Shown one piece after another: positions 43,131 through 58,643 of a stretch of 64,000 nucleotides of DNA. A model generated the notes under the pieces. The model was given only the letters and a program-made list of their open reading frames with translations, ran no database searches and had not been told where the DNA came from. A program made the position numbers and the translations under genes. The first letter of the stretch is position 1. Every line of letters begins with the position of its first letter. The DNA comes from Eledone cirrhosa (lineage: Eukaryota), in the NCBI GenBank assembly GCA_964016885.1, contig OZ024756.1:10416001-10480000 (forward strand), read 5' to 3'.

Positions 43131-45375
43131 TTTATTATTATTATTATTATTACAGTTGCATTTATCTTGCTTTATGTTCATACGAGTTATCACCAGGTCA
43201 CAACCAGTGACCTCAAGAAACAACAAAGTCTGCCATGTTCAAGAAAGAACATACATACACACACATGCATCTTTAGTGTTTAGACTTGTGATGTACTAAT
43301 ATTGACAGAATCTTCCTTAGTATATGGGCAGTTCCCATTAGTACTATCTTTTGTATTTCTCCTATACGCGGGTTTCCTGGGATTTGCAATAAGTAATCAT
43401 TAGACCCCTTAGGTATCATTCCTAGAGCGCCTACAACCACTGGTATTGTTTTAGTTCTCAATTTCCACATTTTTCCAATTTCTATCTCCAGGTCCTTATA
43501 CTTGCTCAATTTTTCAAATGTTTTTATAGATACATTCTTGTCTCTTGGAACGGACATATCAATTAGCAGGCATACCCTCTTTTTAAAGTCCTTCAGTATT
43601 ATATCAGGTCTATTTTTCGGTCTGTTTGGATGCTAAAGTTCCACAAGATTGAGATGTGACCTTTTTCAAGTATGGGAGATGGTTGATGCTCCCACCAATT
43701 CTTTTGATGGGGCAGGTCAAAATGCTTACACATTATCCAATGTATGTATTGTGCAGCTCTGTCATGCCTGTTTAGGTATTCGGTTGGAGCTATAGGACTG
43801 CACATTGAAATTATATGATCAATGGTCTCTGGTTGTTTTTTACATAATGGGTTGCACCCATTTTTTATTATGTTGGCTTGGTAATTTTTTGTTGGCAGAC
43901 ACTGATCTTGTGCTGATATAATCAGTCCTTCAGTCTCCAATTTCAGTCCAGAGGATGTCAACCACTGATGGGTTAAAATTTTTGTCAACATCAGGATTGT
44001 TAGCTCTTTCTGGGTATTTTCCCTACAGAGGCTTTTCTTGCCATTTCTTAGCCAGTTTCTGTAGCAGTTCTTTCTTTGCAGTTACTTTTACTTGCTTTGT
44101 TTTTTCTGTGTTTTCCATTTCAGCAGTAAATGGGACTTCTGAAATTTGTAGTCCATTACTGTATCTTTGTGCATCTTTTGTAATGGAGTATGATCTTTTG
44201 ATGCTTTCGTGTTTCAAAACGAGTTTGATCATCCAATCATGTGATTCCCTTAGATATGTAGATAATCCAATTGTTGCAGTTTTCAACGCAATATCTAACT
44301 GGATTAACCCACGCTCTCCTTCTTTCCTAGGGAGATATATTCTATCTGTATCTGCCTTAGGGTGATGCATTCTGTGCATGGTTAAGAATTTTCTAATTTT
44401 TGTATCGAGCCTACGGATCTCTGTGCTTGACCAGTTGATGACATTGTAACTGTAGGTTACTACTGGTATGGCAAGCGTGTTTATGGCATCAAAGCTATTC
44501 CTTGCATTCAATTCCGTTCTTAAGATTGCTCTTACTCTGCGGTAACATTCCTTCCTTATCCTTTCCCTTATTGTCGAGTGCTTGATTCCGTCTCCTTCAC
44601 AAACACCTAGATATTTGTAAGTTTCCTCTTGATCAAGTTCTCTTATCACATTCCCCCGATCAAGATTAATGTCTGAACTTTTCGGCAGCTTTCCTCTGGT
44701 GAACGTTGCTTTGGTGCATTTATCTAGTCCAAACTCCATTTTAATGTCATCACTGAACTGCTCCACAGTGGATAATAGCCCTTGCAATTGTTCATCATTT
44801 TTTGCAAATAGTTTCAGGTCATCCATGTAGAACAAGTGATTAATGGTTTTGTCATAGACTTTATATCCATGTTTTGTTTCATTGAGCATTTTACTTAATG
44901 GTATAAGTGCGATGCAGAATAAAAGTGGTGATAAAGAGTCACCCTGAAAAATTCCACAATTAATATTAACTTCTCCAGCTTCCAGTGATTATTTTTTCAC
45001 TATTCAAAAGGAGTGTCGTTTTCCATGTCTTCATACTGAATGACAGGAACCTCTTGACAACGGGAGATATTTTAAAAATCTCTAAACATTTCTTCAATCC
45101 AACTGTGTGGCAAACTATCGAATGCTTTTTTTATAATCTATCCAAGCAATTGATAGATTTTTGTGTCTGTTATGACAATCTTCCAGTATCATTTTGTTAA
45201 CCAAAAGCTGATCCTTACAGCCATATGAGCCTCGTTTACACCCTTTCTGCTCATTGGAAAATAGATCATTTGTTATCAGGTGGTCATATGTATATTCAGT
45301 TAGGACTGATGTTAAGATTTTATACATTGTGGTCAAGCAAGTTATCGGTCTGTAAGTTTTGGGATTGTTTGTCTC
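43131..45375 (-). mobile_element. R4/Dong-clade non-LTR retrotransposon (RT + CCHC + RLE), 5'-truncated and decayed
   Basis: EQKGC, GIFQGDSLSPL, HLFYMDDLKLF, CPLC..ET.DH....C, RHD, PDI...IDMSVP, K..KY..L; 3' end abuts (TAA)n. Confidence 0.92.
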
Positions 45376-45389
45376 ATATTATTATTATT

Positions 45390-45485
45390 CTGACATCAAG
45401 AAAAACATTACAGACGGCACATCGTACCGTCCTGTGCCGTCTGTAATGTTTTTCTTGATGTCAGCCCTTGTGGCCAATAAAGAAA
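45390..45485 (+). repeat. Perfect 32-bp-arm hairpin followed by AATAAA and (ATT)n
   Basis: Arms 45390-45421 and 45433-45464, 11-nt loop; probably an inverted LINE 3' tip. Confidence 0.8.
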
Positions 45486-45486
45486 T

Positions 45487-45506
45487 CATTATTATTATCA
45501 TTATTA

Positions 45507-45538
<32 letters not shown>

Positions 45539-46385
45539 GGAGTCTCAGTCATTGATATTATCTAACTGGAAAGTTTGTTCAAATGAATATCAAGCCACTA
45601 CCTGCTGCCTCAGATATTCAGGACGTATCAGAGGGTTCTTGCTGTTCCCAACAAGCATGCCTTTTGAAGTGTTCCAAAAAAAAAGAGGGCTGGACTAATG
45701 TTTTTTAACCATCCTTGAAAACTCTTTGAGATAGTACCTAGTGCTCCTATAACTCCACTCTCTCTCTCCACAGATCCTACACAGTGAGCTAGCCTCCTCC
45801 TTGTCAATATGGTGTTTCACCCACTTCGTTCTGAGAGCTTGCTCTGATGCAGCCAGTAGCATTCCTTCTGTAGCTTTTTTAAGGTCTCCTCTTATTAACC
45901 AGTTCCATGTCTATGGATCTCTGAATTCTGTTTTCTTAAAAAGGTGTTATGAAGGGATTTTTCATGAAGGTTGCTCTTTCTCTTTGTTGTTACTTCCTCC
46001 TTGGGCATTCCCTGGTCTATTTTCTTCTCCTTCAGTACAACTTTGAGCATCGGTTCCCTACTCTCAGACATATATTTGCGTAGACTGTTTTTCTCCATCT
46101 GAACACAGTCCTCTATGCTGCTAAGACCTCTTCCACCTTCAGATCTCTTTAAGTAAAGTCTACCAACATCGCTCCTCTTGTGGAACATGCTGTAGGTAGT
46201 CATTAGCTTCCTAGTCTTTCTATCCATTTCTTTTTGTTCAGTAACATTCCATTTCAGAATTCCCGCACTGTACCTAATAATAGACACAGCTCAGGAATTT
46301 ACTAAACTTATGACATTCCTACTATTTAGATGTGATTTTAGTATGTTACTTACTCTCCTTATTTACTCATATCTTATCAATTCCT
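45487..46385 (-). mobile_element. Second R4/Dong-like fragment with internal deletion
   Basis: RYSAGILKW...DRKTRKLMT...RLYLKRSEGGRGL; AASEQALRT; GALGT; ends in (TAA)n. Confidence 0.85.
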
Positions 46386-47106
46386 TCATTTTATTGTTCT
46401 TGATGTCAGTTGGACACCATGGCTCTCCAGTTGTGGGGCACGGCATAGGGAGAAGGCAGTAGCAGAAATACTACCAGCACCAGCGACACCAACAACAGAA
46501 ACACCATCTCCTCCACCACCAACAGCGCCAACAAGACCAATGGAGAGCATGTTCTTTGCCAAAACCGCTAAATCAGACAGGGAGTGTGATAACGCTGAAG
46601 GTTGGAAAACCATCGCAGCAAAAAAAAAAAAACTGAAAGAACCTCCTACCTTCACTCTTCAAAAAAAAAGGAAGAGGAAAAATAAATGTAAGTCAATTAC
46701 CCCACTACCACCTACACCACCAACACCACCATCGCCACCTCCACAACCACCTACACCATCACCACCACCACCACCACCACCACCGATACCACCACCATCG
46801 CCACCCCCCACAACCACCTACACCATCACCACCACCACCACCACCACTGATACCACCACCACTGCCACCACCACCGATACCACCACCACCATCGCCACCA
46901 CCACCGCCATCATTATCATCTACCCCATCGTCACCTCCAACAATAATACCACAGCAAACACAGAAAGCCCCAACATCCCAAAGGCAGACACAATACACAG
47001 CCATAGACACAGACAACACAAAGCTTTTAAATTACATTCAACACCACACCAACATCACAGAAACAAATTACATACAACCACCAAAATTGCACCCCAACAC
47101 GCATAA

Positions 47107-47935
47107 AAATAATTGAAATCTCTCAAAAGAATTACACAACATTAAAGAAAAAGTTCCTCACGTCAACAGGAGATTATCGAAGGAACATCACCAAAATGCT
47201 TCGATTAGTACAAAACTATCTCTTTTATTCTTTAAACATTTCCCTAATTCCCATAAATATAGTAAAATTCTAAAAGTGTTAAACTATCATACTCCACTGC
47301 ACCAAACCTAGAAGCACACATGAAAAAACTTAACTTAAAGCGATTATTAAACAACACTACAAAACAAAATACTTTAGACACAGATGGGCATAACGTAATA
47401 TCAACTTCTCAACCACCAAATGGAAGACGGGTATTACACAACCCACCTGAACTGTTATCCCAACCTATCCATGGTGCAGTTGTTACCCATAACAAAAACT
47501 GTAATTGCCCTCTACCCGAGAGATGCCCATTGAAGAATAAATGCCTAGAGTCCAACATTGTTTATCAATGCACTGTCTAATCAAACGACCAGAAATGGTA
47601 TTACGTCGGGTCTACCACTACCTCCTTTAAATCACGCTGGTATCGTCATCGATTTTCGATTAAACATCCTGAACTCCGTTATGTAACTACACTCGCTAAT
47701 AAGACCTGGCTTGAGAAGGAAACCTTATTATGTAAGAAGCTGTCTGATGAGATCATGGCACTGGTCAGGCGGAATTGTGTGGCTACAGTCATTGAAATAT
47801 GTATCACAGCCTTATCAATAAAGGCCTTAACATCTGAAACTACTTCACATTTTCTTATTCTAAATATACTCCGTCATTTCTATTTGGAAAAACTACGTTG
47901 AGTGGTTGAACTAAATTGCATTAATGTTTACCGTG
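47107..47935 (+). mobile_element. PLE 3' fragment (GIY-YIG, Naiad-like) plus pseudo-LTR, decayed
   Basis: KHFP.SHKYSKI, NCNC...CPL..KCL..NIVY.C.V*...YYVGST...FK.RW..H. Confidence 0.85.
47739..47810 (+). ncRNA. Minimal type I hammerhead
   Basis: GCTGT-CTGATGA-GAT...ATT-GAAA-TATGTA-TC-ACAGC. Confidence 0.75.
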
Positions 47936-47937
47936 AG

Positions 47938-49920
<1,983 letters not shown>

Positions 49921-49968
49921 AAAGAATTAAAAAGAACAGAAAGATGCAGTAAAAGAGATTTATTCGGT

Positions 49969-50083
49969 TCTTACGTACGTTTCAATAGACATCTATTTGC
50001 CTAGATCTCGCTACATCTATAATATTATATATTTAGTAGAGCATTCGACATCCAATGCACAATCGATCCCATATCATCAGAGA
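49969..50083 (-). ncRNA. Candidate hammerhead with ~90-nt stem II insertion
   Basis: Minus strand: TCT-CTGATGA-(long)-GAAA-CGTACG-TA-AGA; weak stem I and stem II base. Confidence 0.45.
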
Positions 50084-50496
50084 TTATGTTTACCGCACCA
50101 GAATGTTCAGGTTTTTATAGGAATTCATGTGAAGTTGAAGTAGAGAAGAAGGAGGATGTGACAAAGACGAGCGAGATAGGGGGTTTTTCATAGTTGTTGA
50201 GGTAAAACAGAGGGGAGGATAAAATATGATAATGAAGTCTAGATATGGACTAGTCCAACTATGTGTGTGTACTAGAGAGATGGTAGACGTTGATAGGTTT
50301 ACGATCTATGATAGATGGAGGCAAGGGAGGTTATGTCGAGTGACTTGTAAAGTATGTAGGCGGAGATGTTGAATAGGGGAGATGTGGTTAATAGAAGGCA
50401 TAGCAATAATCCACAGGGATAGATAGAGGAGGTAGAAGGAAGATAGAGGAAGGCAGAAGTCGCAGGATCAAATCAAGCCAGGTTTGTATTTAGAGA

Positions 50497-50888
50497 TCAT
50501 CATCATCATCATCATCATCAGGTTTAGCGTCCGTGTTCCACGCTTGCATGGGTTTGGACGGGGGTTTTCCCACTTGAGGCAAGAGTGGTTGTCTTGCTCG
50601 CATAGGACTGTCTGGCGGGTTTTCTACAGCTGGATGCCCTTCCTAACACCAACCACATTTACAGTGTGGGGCTGGGAGGTTTTTACCGTGTTGCCTACAC
50701 GGCCACATTTACAGCGTGGACTGTGTGTTTTTTGTCGTGACACCTACACGATCTCATTTGTTTCGGCCTGGATGTTGTGGGACCAACATAACTTTACATT
50801 GAAAGGGGCGGTGTGGGTGGGGTGGAGGTGGTGGGACGGGGGTGTGTTTTGATAGAGGTGCCTACTGACTGTAGTAGGTTTTTACTTT
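50497..50888 (-). mobile_element. RTE 3' UTR fragment (second subfamily)
   Basis: Reverse complement of ~34582-34972. Confidence 0.9.
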
Positions 50889-50957
50889 GTATATTTATAT
50901 ATATATATATTTATATATATATATATTTATATATTTATATTTATATATATATATATT

Positions 50958-50990
<33 letters not shown>

Positions 50991-50993
50991 TTA

Positions 50994-51024
<31 letters not shown>

Positions 51025-51053
51025 TTATATATTTATTTATATATATACATATC

Positions 51054-52937
51054 GAGACTCTCGACAACAACACCACGGAATCCACCACACCCAGATTCCC
51101 GATATACCAACTAGATCGCCCACTCTATCCACCGCCCGCCAACCGCGAGCTGGAAGAAAAACTCTCGAGACTAAAACATTCCGTATTTAACATCTTACGG
51201 AAACAGAAGAAGATGGCCCCTAACCTCTCCAGGACACAACAACTCGCCCTGAAGAACCTACGGAATAAGGAACTTATTTACTTACCATCCGACAAAGGTA
51301 AAGAGTTCTGCGTCATCTCTCAAGCCACATACAATAACCTAGCCTTCGAACACCTAAGCGACAGTGAACTGTACACAGTGATCCCGGACATGACCGCAGC
51401 CCAAATCGAAAAACAGACCAACTCCATTTGGTTCGATATCTGTAGGAGAAGACAACTCCCGAATAAAATTAAACTCAACTACACCACTAGAAATAGCAGA
51501 CTGCCCACTTTCTACCACCTCATCAAGACCCACAAGAATAGCACTAAGACGCATATAAGACCCATCGTCTCTAGCATAGAAGGACCCCTATACAAAATTT
51601 CCTGGCTTCTCTCCCAGGTCCTCAAGCCTCTACTCTCCACCTTCCCCGGACATGTCAGTAGCTCCGACGAAGTTATACGTAGATTACACCAACTCCAGCC
51701 AGAACAACTTAAACTTAATAAATACGCTTTTAGCCTCGACGTTGTCTCCCTCTACACTACAGTCCCCGCTCACCCAGCTGTCGATTTATTGACGGACTGC
51801 GTGGTCGCAGAGGACATCCACTGCTACGGCCTCCATCCGACGGACATACACCAGCTTTTGTCCTTCACAGTAGACAACACGTTCTTCACCTTCCACCACC
51901 ACACATACAGACAGACAACAGGATTACCCATGGGATCCAGCCTCTCTGGCCTGCTGGCCATCACTTACATGAACCAACTAGAATGCCGAGCCCTCAACAC
52001 CTGCCATTCCCATGCCTTCTTCACCCGATATGTAGATGACATACTCATCCTTACATCATCCCGTGAAGAGGCAGAGAAAATATACACAACATTCTCCAGC
52101 ATGGACGCCAGTATAAAGTTCAGCATAGAACACCCCGATGACCGCGGATCCCTATCCCTGCTGGACTTCCAACTCAGGGTAACAGAGGAAGGCAACATCC
52201 ACACCTGCTTCTATAAAAAATCCGCCAGCAGGGACCTGTTCGTACATTTCAGATCGGCCCTCCCACTCGGTGCCAAGTTCGGATACATAAAGAACGAACT
52301 GGCACGTATCAAGAACAAATGCACCGACGCCAGAGACCGAGACACACACACCACACATTTCCTGGAAGTACTCAAACTGAACGGATACACGACATCCACC
52401 ACAAACCGTGCCAGAAAGAACAGAGGACACCACACCCGAGGCACTAACACTTGCTTCCTGAAGCTCCCACACTTCAGTGAAGAAACAACAACAGCCATCC
52501 GCAGAGCCATCAGACGAGAAGGTCTGGATATTCAACTGGTCCATTCGGGTCCTTCTTTGCGTGAACGGCTAGCTAAGAGACACTCCACCAGACATGACAA
52601 CTGCTGCAGACTAGCCAACTGCCCCATCAACGACACAGACCTATGCCACCAGGCTTACGTAGTTTACAGACTAGAGTGTGACAAATGCAACAACTTCTAC
52701 GTAGGTAGCACCACCAGACCACTCCACATAAGAATAAAAGAACACCTCAATACTAACGCTTCCTCATTTAAGAAACACCTAGTTAAATGCAAAAACACTG
52801 ATAAAAACATAACAGTTAGGATAGAAACTAAAGAAAGAAACCTCGGCAATCTTAGAATCAAGGAAGCACTCATTATAGATAGAACACATCCACCAATCAA
52901 TAATAGACTAGAGCTCAACACCCAATTTATAACCTGA
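51054..52937 (+). CDS. PLE reverse transcriptase + GIY-YIG endonuclease (open from 51054; first Met at 51213)
   Basis: [40 protein letters not shown], Cys-rich linker, VVY...FYVGST...R..EH, E...I...P.IN. Confidence 0.92.
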   Translation, partial: ETLDNNTTESTTPRFPIYQLDRPLYPPPANRELEEKLSRLKHSVFNILRKQKKMAPNLSRTQQLALKNLRNKELIYLPSDKGKEFCVISQATYNNLAFEHLSDSELYTVIPDMTAAQIEKQTNSIWFDICRRRQLPNKIKLNYTTRNSRLPTFYHLIKTHKNSTKTHIRPIVSSIEGPLYKISWLLSQVLKPLLSTFPGHVSSSDEVIRRLHQLQPEQLKLNKYAFSLDVVSLYTTVPAHPAVDLLTDCVVAEDIHCYGLHPTDIHQLLSFTVDNTFFTFHHHTYRQTTGLPMGSSLSGLLAITYMNQLECRALNTCHSHAFFTRYVDDILILTSSREEAEKIYTTFSSMDASIKFSIEHPDDRGSLSLLDFQLRVTEEGNIHTCFYKKSASRDLFVHFRSALPLGAKFGYIKNELARIKNKCTDARDRDTHTTHFLEVLKLNGYTTSTTNRARKNRGHHTRGTNTCFLKLPHFSEETTTAIRRAIRREGLDIQLVHSGPSLRERLAKRHSTRHDNCCRLANCPINDTDLCHQAYVVYRLECDKCNNFYVGSTTRPLHIRIKEHLNTNASSFKKHLVKCKNTDKNITVRIETKERNLGNLRIKEALIIDRTHPPINNRLELNTQFIT

Positions 52938-53319
52938 TAGGGCCTCTAGCCCCACTTTACGCACCCCACACACACGCACGCGCGCACCTCCACTTATTCT
53001 CTCTCACACATACACACACAAAACCAGTTCTAACACTAGATAACACCTACCCCCCACTTTTACGATTAGACCTATCTTCCCACACTCACACACACACACC
53101 CACATACCTACACCTTCATGCTTTCTCCCACACACATATACAGGCACGCATATAAAATTTAAAAAACACAACAAAAACATAAACAAACCCCTCTTAAAGG
53201 GAGACTACTCTTCACCCACCTAATTTTAATTCTTTGATATTAAAGTTAGAACTCTATACTATTTCCGGTCAGCATGGCTTCATTGGAAATTTAAGACGCT
53301 GGTCTGAGACTTTTACTTC

Positions 53320-53354
53320 CCTCCGAAGAAGAGATATTATCTCGAAAATTAAGG
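53320..53354 (+). ncRNA. Variant minimal hammerhead in the PLE 3' pseudo-LTR
   Basis: CCT-CCGAAGA-A-GAGAT-att-ATCTC-GAAA-AT-TA-AGG; U4 replaced by C. Confidence 0.5.
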
Positions 53355-53469
53355 ACATTTAAATAAATTCAAGGTGAAAGACGAATTCTCATCAATATCT
53401 CTCACTATTGCATTCTTTTTTCTATGTCCATACCTGCATTGTCTTGGCCTTATTACACATATTCTAACA

Positions 53470-54427
<958 letters not shown>

Positions 54428-56532
54428 TCGTTTCTGAATTTGTTTAGCAAGATTCTTTATCTGAAATCGTGTGTTGAAACCGATATTGTTATACTTTGGG
54501 AGGGTCATGTTGCCAATAAGAAACACACGCACCAGTTGCTTTCACTTCAATTTAATTTAATATATATTTATAAATTTACAAATTTATAAATTTCTGGTTG
54601 GTTGGTTGGTTCCACAACCAGATAGTTGTTTATATATATATAGTCATAGTTCTTTCGTCACACACTCTGTGACCTCTTCAGTGACTGGGGATTTCTTTCT
54701 TCGTTTCTGTGCCTTTCCTTTCTTCTATCCTACGCCATTTTGTTTGTGTGTGGGTTGCGTGCTCAGTTTGCGCATGCGCCACATCCGGGTGTCTGTGTGT
54801 GTTTGTGTTCATTTTTCTATTTTTCTATTTATATTTGTTTGTTTATTTATTTATTTATTGTTGGTTGGTTGTTTGTTCTATGTGTGTGTGTGTTTTCATT
54901 TTGTCTTGTGTGTGTTTTCATTTTGTGTGTGTTTTCAATTGTAAGTTGTTTGTTCTATGTGTGTGTGTGTTTTCATTTTGTCCTTAATTGTAAGTTGTGA
55001 TGTTGCTGTTCCACTCATATTTTCTATTTAATTTTGGTTTTAATTCTTTTATGCTTACTGCCTCTGTAATTTGCCTAAACATTGCGTCTTTCTTGTGTGT
55101 GGATTCTATTTTTATTTCTATGCTCTCTAATTTACCCCTGTGTTCTATCTTAGCATGTTGGTAGAGCACAGATGATTCTTTACTATCTTGGAGGTCTCGC
55201 CAGTGTTCATTTATTCGTTCCCCTATACTACGAGCTGTCTCACCTATGTACACTATATTTTTGTTTCTACATTGTCCTTCAGTACATCTTATGCTATATA
55301 CTACATTTCTAGTTTTACAGTTAATATGGGGGCTTATTTTACAGGTTATACATTTCTTATCTATACATGAGGGTCTTTGGAACGGGTATGTCTTGCTAAT
55401 AAGTGTTTTTACGGAGGTACCAGGTCTTTCTACTATCTTAATATTGAGATTATGTTTCTTTAGGGCCCTTCTAAATTTGTAGGCTAGTTCGCCTCTAGGG
55501 GTTGTATTGATGAACATTACACTCTGGTATTTATTGCTATCATACCATGAGTTTATTCTATTGGCCTTGTTCTTAGTTCTTTCTATTCTATTCCAAAATT
55601 TGCTCCTATACAAGGGGCAGGTCCCATTTATGTCATTATTTACCATTTTTTCCCATTTGGTTCTGGCTCCTTTATACACTCTGATTCTATCTCTCTGATT
55701 GTAACCAGAGAACTGCATACGGTGGATGAAGTGTTGTATGTGTCTCTCTAGTTCTTCGGGGTTGCACATGCGAGACACATTTCTCATCACCCGTACCAAA
55801 TCCGCAATTAGTATGTTGATTTTGGTATGGTCCGAAATGGCCGAGTTTCGGTGGATCAGATGTTTGGAAGTCATGGGTTTGGCATAATGGGAATGGAGGA
55901 TTTGTTTTTGGTTGTTAATAGTATCTAACCAGAGCTCTGTGTCTAGTACAGGTAATCGATGGTTGGGGTGTCTACTTGGGTAGTCTATAGTAACTCTAAT
56001 GCTCTGGTGGATGGAGTTTGCTATTTGCTGGATGCTTTCCATTGTGTTTTTCTCTGGTTCCTGACTGTTCTTTAGTGGGGGTGTCTTAACTACGATGTTT
56101 ATATCATCTACCTAGCGGGAGTACATTATCAGGGTTAAGCTGTCTTCTAATTGTTCATTAAGTTTTTGTTTAAGTCTACTGTCCCACCATACCATGAACA
56201 AGTTAGCTATGTCGCCTGCAATGCTAACACCAATGGCTGCTCCTTCCTCTTGGGCATATGTTTTACCATTAAATCAAGACCAGCAAGAGGCAGACCACCT
56301 ACCATTACCTCAATGGCCAAGAAAACCCACACAGATAGATGGAACGGGTGGACCAGAGCCATACGGACACCCGAAAACCACGATGAACTGAAGAAAATGA
56401 TTGCACATGTGGTAGGGGCCAGCATAAAATTAACCCTTAAGGAACATATGTTCAAATTTAATGGTAAAACATATGCCCAAGAGGAAGGAGCAGCCATTGG
56501 TGTTAGCATTGCAGGCGACATAGCTAACTGTA
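54428..56532 (-). mobile_element. Penelope-like element (Neptune-like Cys linker), 5'-truncated with inverted RT segment; pseudogenised
   Basis: ORF 54984-56042 (LPVLD, CxxxxCxxC, VVY...YIGET.R...R..EH); upstream YSR*VDD has a stop in the catalytic motif; 56275-56529 inverted. Confidence 0.92.
54642..54686 (-). ncRNA. Minimal type I hammerhead in the PLE 3' pseudo-LTR
   Basis: Minus strand: AGTCA-CTGAAGA-G-GTCAC-agagtgt-GTGAC-GAAA-GAAC-TA-TGACT. Confidence 0.8.
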
Positions 56533-56672
56533 TATAAATAAGTAAATATATATATATGTTTGATGTGTATAGTTAGATGTAAGTGTATTCATGTATTAAA
56601 GTGCTTATATATATATATGTATGTATATGTGTGTATATGTATGTGTATGTATATATGTATGTATATATATAT

Positions 56673-56706
<34 letters not shown>

Positions 56707-57424
56707 GTATGTATATATGTGTATATGGATGTGTAAGTATGTGTATGTGTGTACACATGGACTAGAGTATGTATGTATTTATGAGTGTGTCTATACGTGT
56801 GTATATAAAGATAAGTTGAGTATGAAAATGTATACACATGAGCGCGTATGTATGTATATGAATACATGTGTGTATATATATGTGTATGCATGTGTATATA
56901 TATGTAAGTATGAATATGTGAATTGTGAGTATATGTATTTTGTAGAGGCGTGCAAATATATTTGTGTGTGAATGCGTGGGTGAAAGGATACGTACACTTG
57001 AAAGAAAAATTTAAGTCTGAATGTTAATTAAGTGCAAACACAAAACCAACCACGCATATCTTTACTATCTCTAATCCTTCTATAGATTTAGAAAAATAAC
57101 CAATAATATATTCTATAAAAAATGTCAAAACAACAGATGGGAATCTAATTACTCACTGCCACCAAGAATTCTCACTGCTATCGAAAAACCACTCCTTCAA
57201 CTATTCTTCTAACAACTTCACCCCTCCCTCCTAATATTCTCTATAAAAACTAAATAGGTCCCCAGTAATATTATTCTGATGAAATGACAGTAAATAATAA
57301 CATTGAAATATTGAATGTCTGCATAACTAAAAGTTTGTAGATAGCTGTTTTAGGTTATGTAACTGTTATAGAAACACGTGTCAATAAATTCCTTTCAACT
57401 AAACTGTATCCATTCAAATCTTTC

Positions 57425-57425
<1 letters not shown>

Positions 57426-57455
<30 letters not shown>

Positions 57456-57492
57456 TTATATATATATTTATATATATATTTATATATATATT

Positions 57493-57523
<31 letters not shown>

Positions 57524-57608
57524 TTATATATATATTTATATATATATTTATATATATATTTATATATATATTTATATATATATTTATATATATATTTATA
57601 TATATATT

Positions 57609-57641
<33 letters not shown>

Positions 57642-57840
57642 TTATATATATATTTATATATATATATATTTATATATATATTTATATATATATTTTTTAT
57701 ATATATTTATATATATATTTATATATATATTTATATATATATTTATATATATATTTATATATATTTATATTTATATATATATTTATATATATTTATATTT
57801 ATATATATATTTATATATATATTTATATATATATATATAT
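57426..57840. repeat. (TA)nTT microsatellite
   Basis: Direct reading. Confidence 0.98.
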
Positions 57841-58478
57841 AAATGAAAATTAGAGTTAAAACTCCAATTGGAACCCTGTAACTATTAAGCTCCAAGTATA
57901 AAATACTGAGCCGATTAATAATATATATGCAGTAAGAAACAAATGTGGTTTTTCAACCCTTGTAATATTAGACACACGGTTTACTGTGTTTCTTACTGCA
58001 TATATATTATTAATCGGCTCAGTATTTTATACTTGGAGCTTAATAGTTAGAGGGTTCCAATTGGAGTTTTAACTCTAATTTTCATTTATATTTCTGCTCC
58101 CTCACAAGTCGAGCTTATTAAGTTGTGTGTGTTGACTGTTGTTTCTCTTCAATACACGCTTACCACGTTTGACTAGCGGCGCACGAGGTGGTAAATTTCA
58201 TCTTTCTGTGTGAACGTTGGTACATAGTGTTTGTTGCATTTAATCAGATTCTTTCGCTGATGATGCCCAAGATTATCTGTTACAAACACACTCAGGGCGA
58301 AACAGATTAGGGATAATCTGTCCGAGAGAGATAATGGTTATTGAGGCGGTTTGTATAATAATATATTTTTATTTTATCATTCTGTCTGCTTCTTGGTTAA
58401 ATATTTCAAACAAATGTGGTTTTTCAACCCTTGTAATATTAGACACACGGTTTACTGTGTTTCTTACTGCATATATAT

Positions 58479-58481
<3 letters not shown>
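57838..58481 (+). mobile_element. Non-coding retrozyme-like element: 471-bp unit with ~74-bp terminal redundancy and ~104-bp inverted 5' arm
   Basis: Direct repeat 57937-58010 / 58408-58481; inverted arms 57838-57941 / 57987-58090; HHR inside; (TA)n on both sides. Confidence 0.7.
58249..58330 (+). ncRNA. Canonical type I hammerhead, GUC cleavage after 58322
   Basis: TTCTTTCG-CTGATGA-T-GCCC-(26-nt loop)-GGGC-GAAA-CAGATTA-ggga-TAATCTG-TC-CGAGAGAG. Confidence 0.92.
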
Positions 58482-58541
<60 letters not shown>

Positions 58542-58542
58542 T

Positions 58543-58625
<83 letters not shown>

Positions 58626-58643
58626 TTATATATATATATATAT

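Noticed and set aside
46540-47106. Pro/Thr-rich 188-aa host gene
   Set aside because: Mostly (ACC)n low complexity wedged between retroelement fragments; no domain or splice support.
47107-47720. Selenocysteine (in-frame UGA) recoding, reported for some Naiad PLEs
   Set aside because: The interrupting stop at 47578-47580 is TAA and the 60-kb copy has a frameshift; conserved Cys positions are ordinary codons.
57271-57316. CTGATGA-AATG...CATT-GAAA
   Set aside because: The cleavage position would be G and stem I is weak; possibly a dead HHR, not counted.
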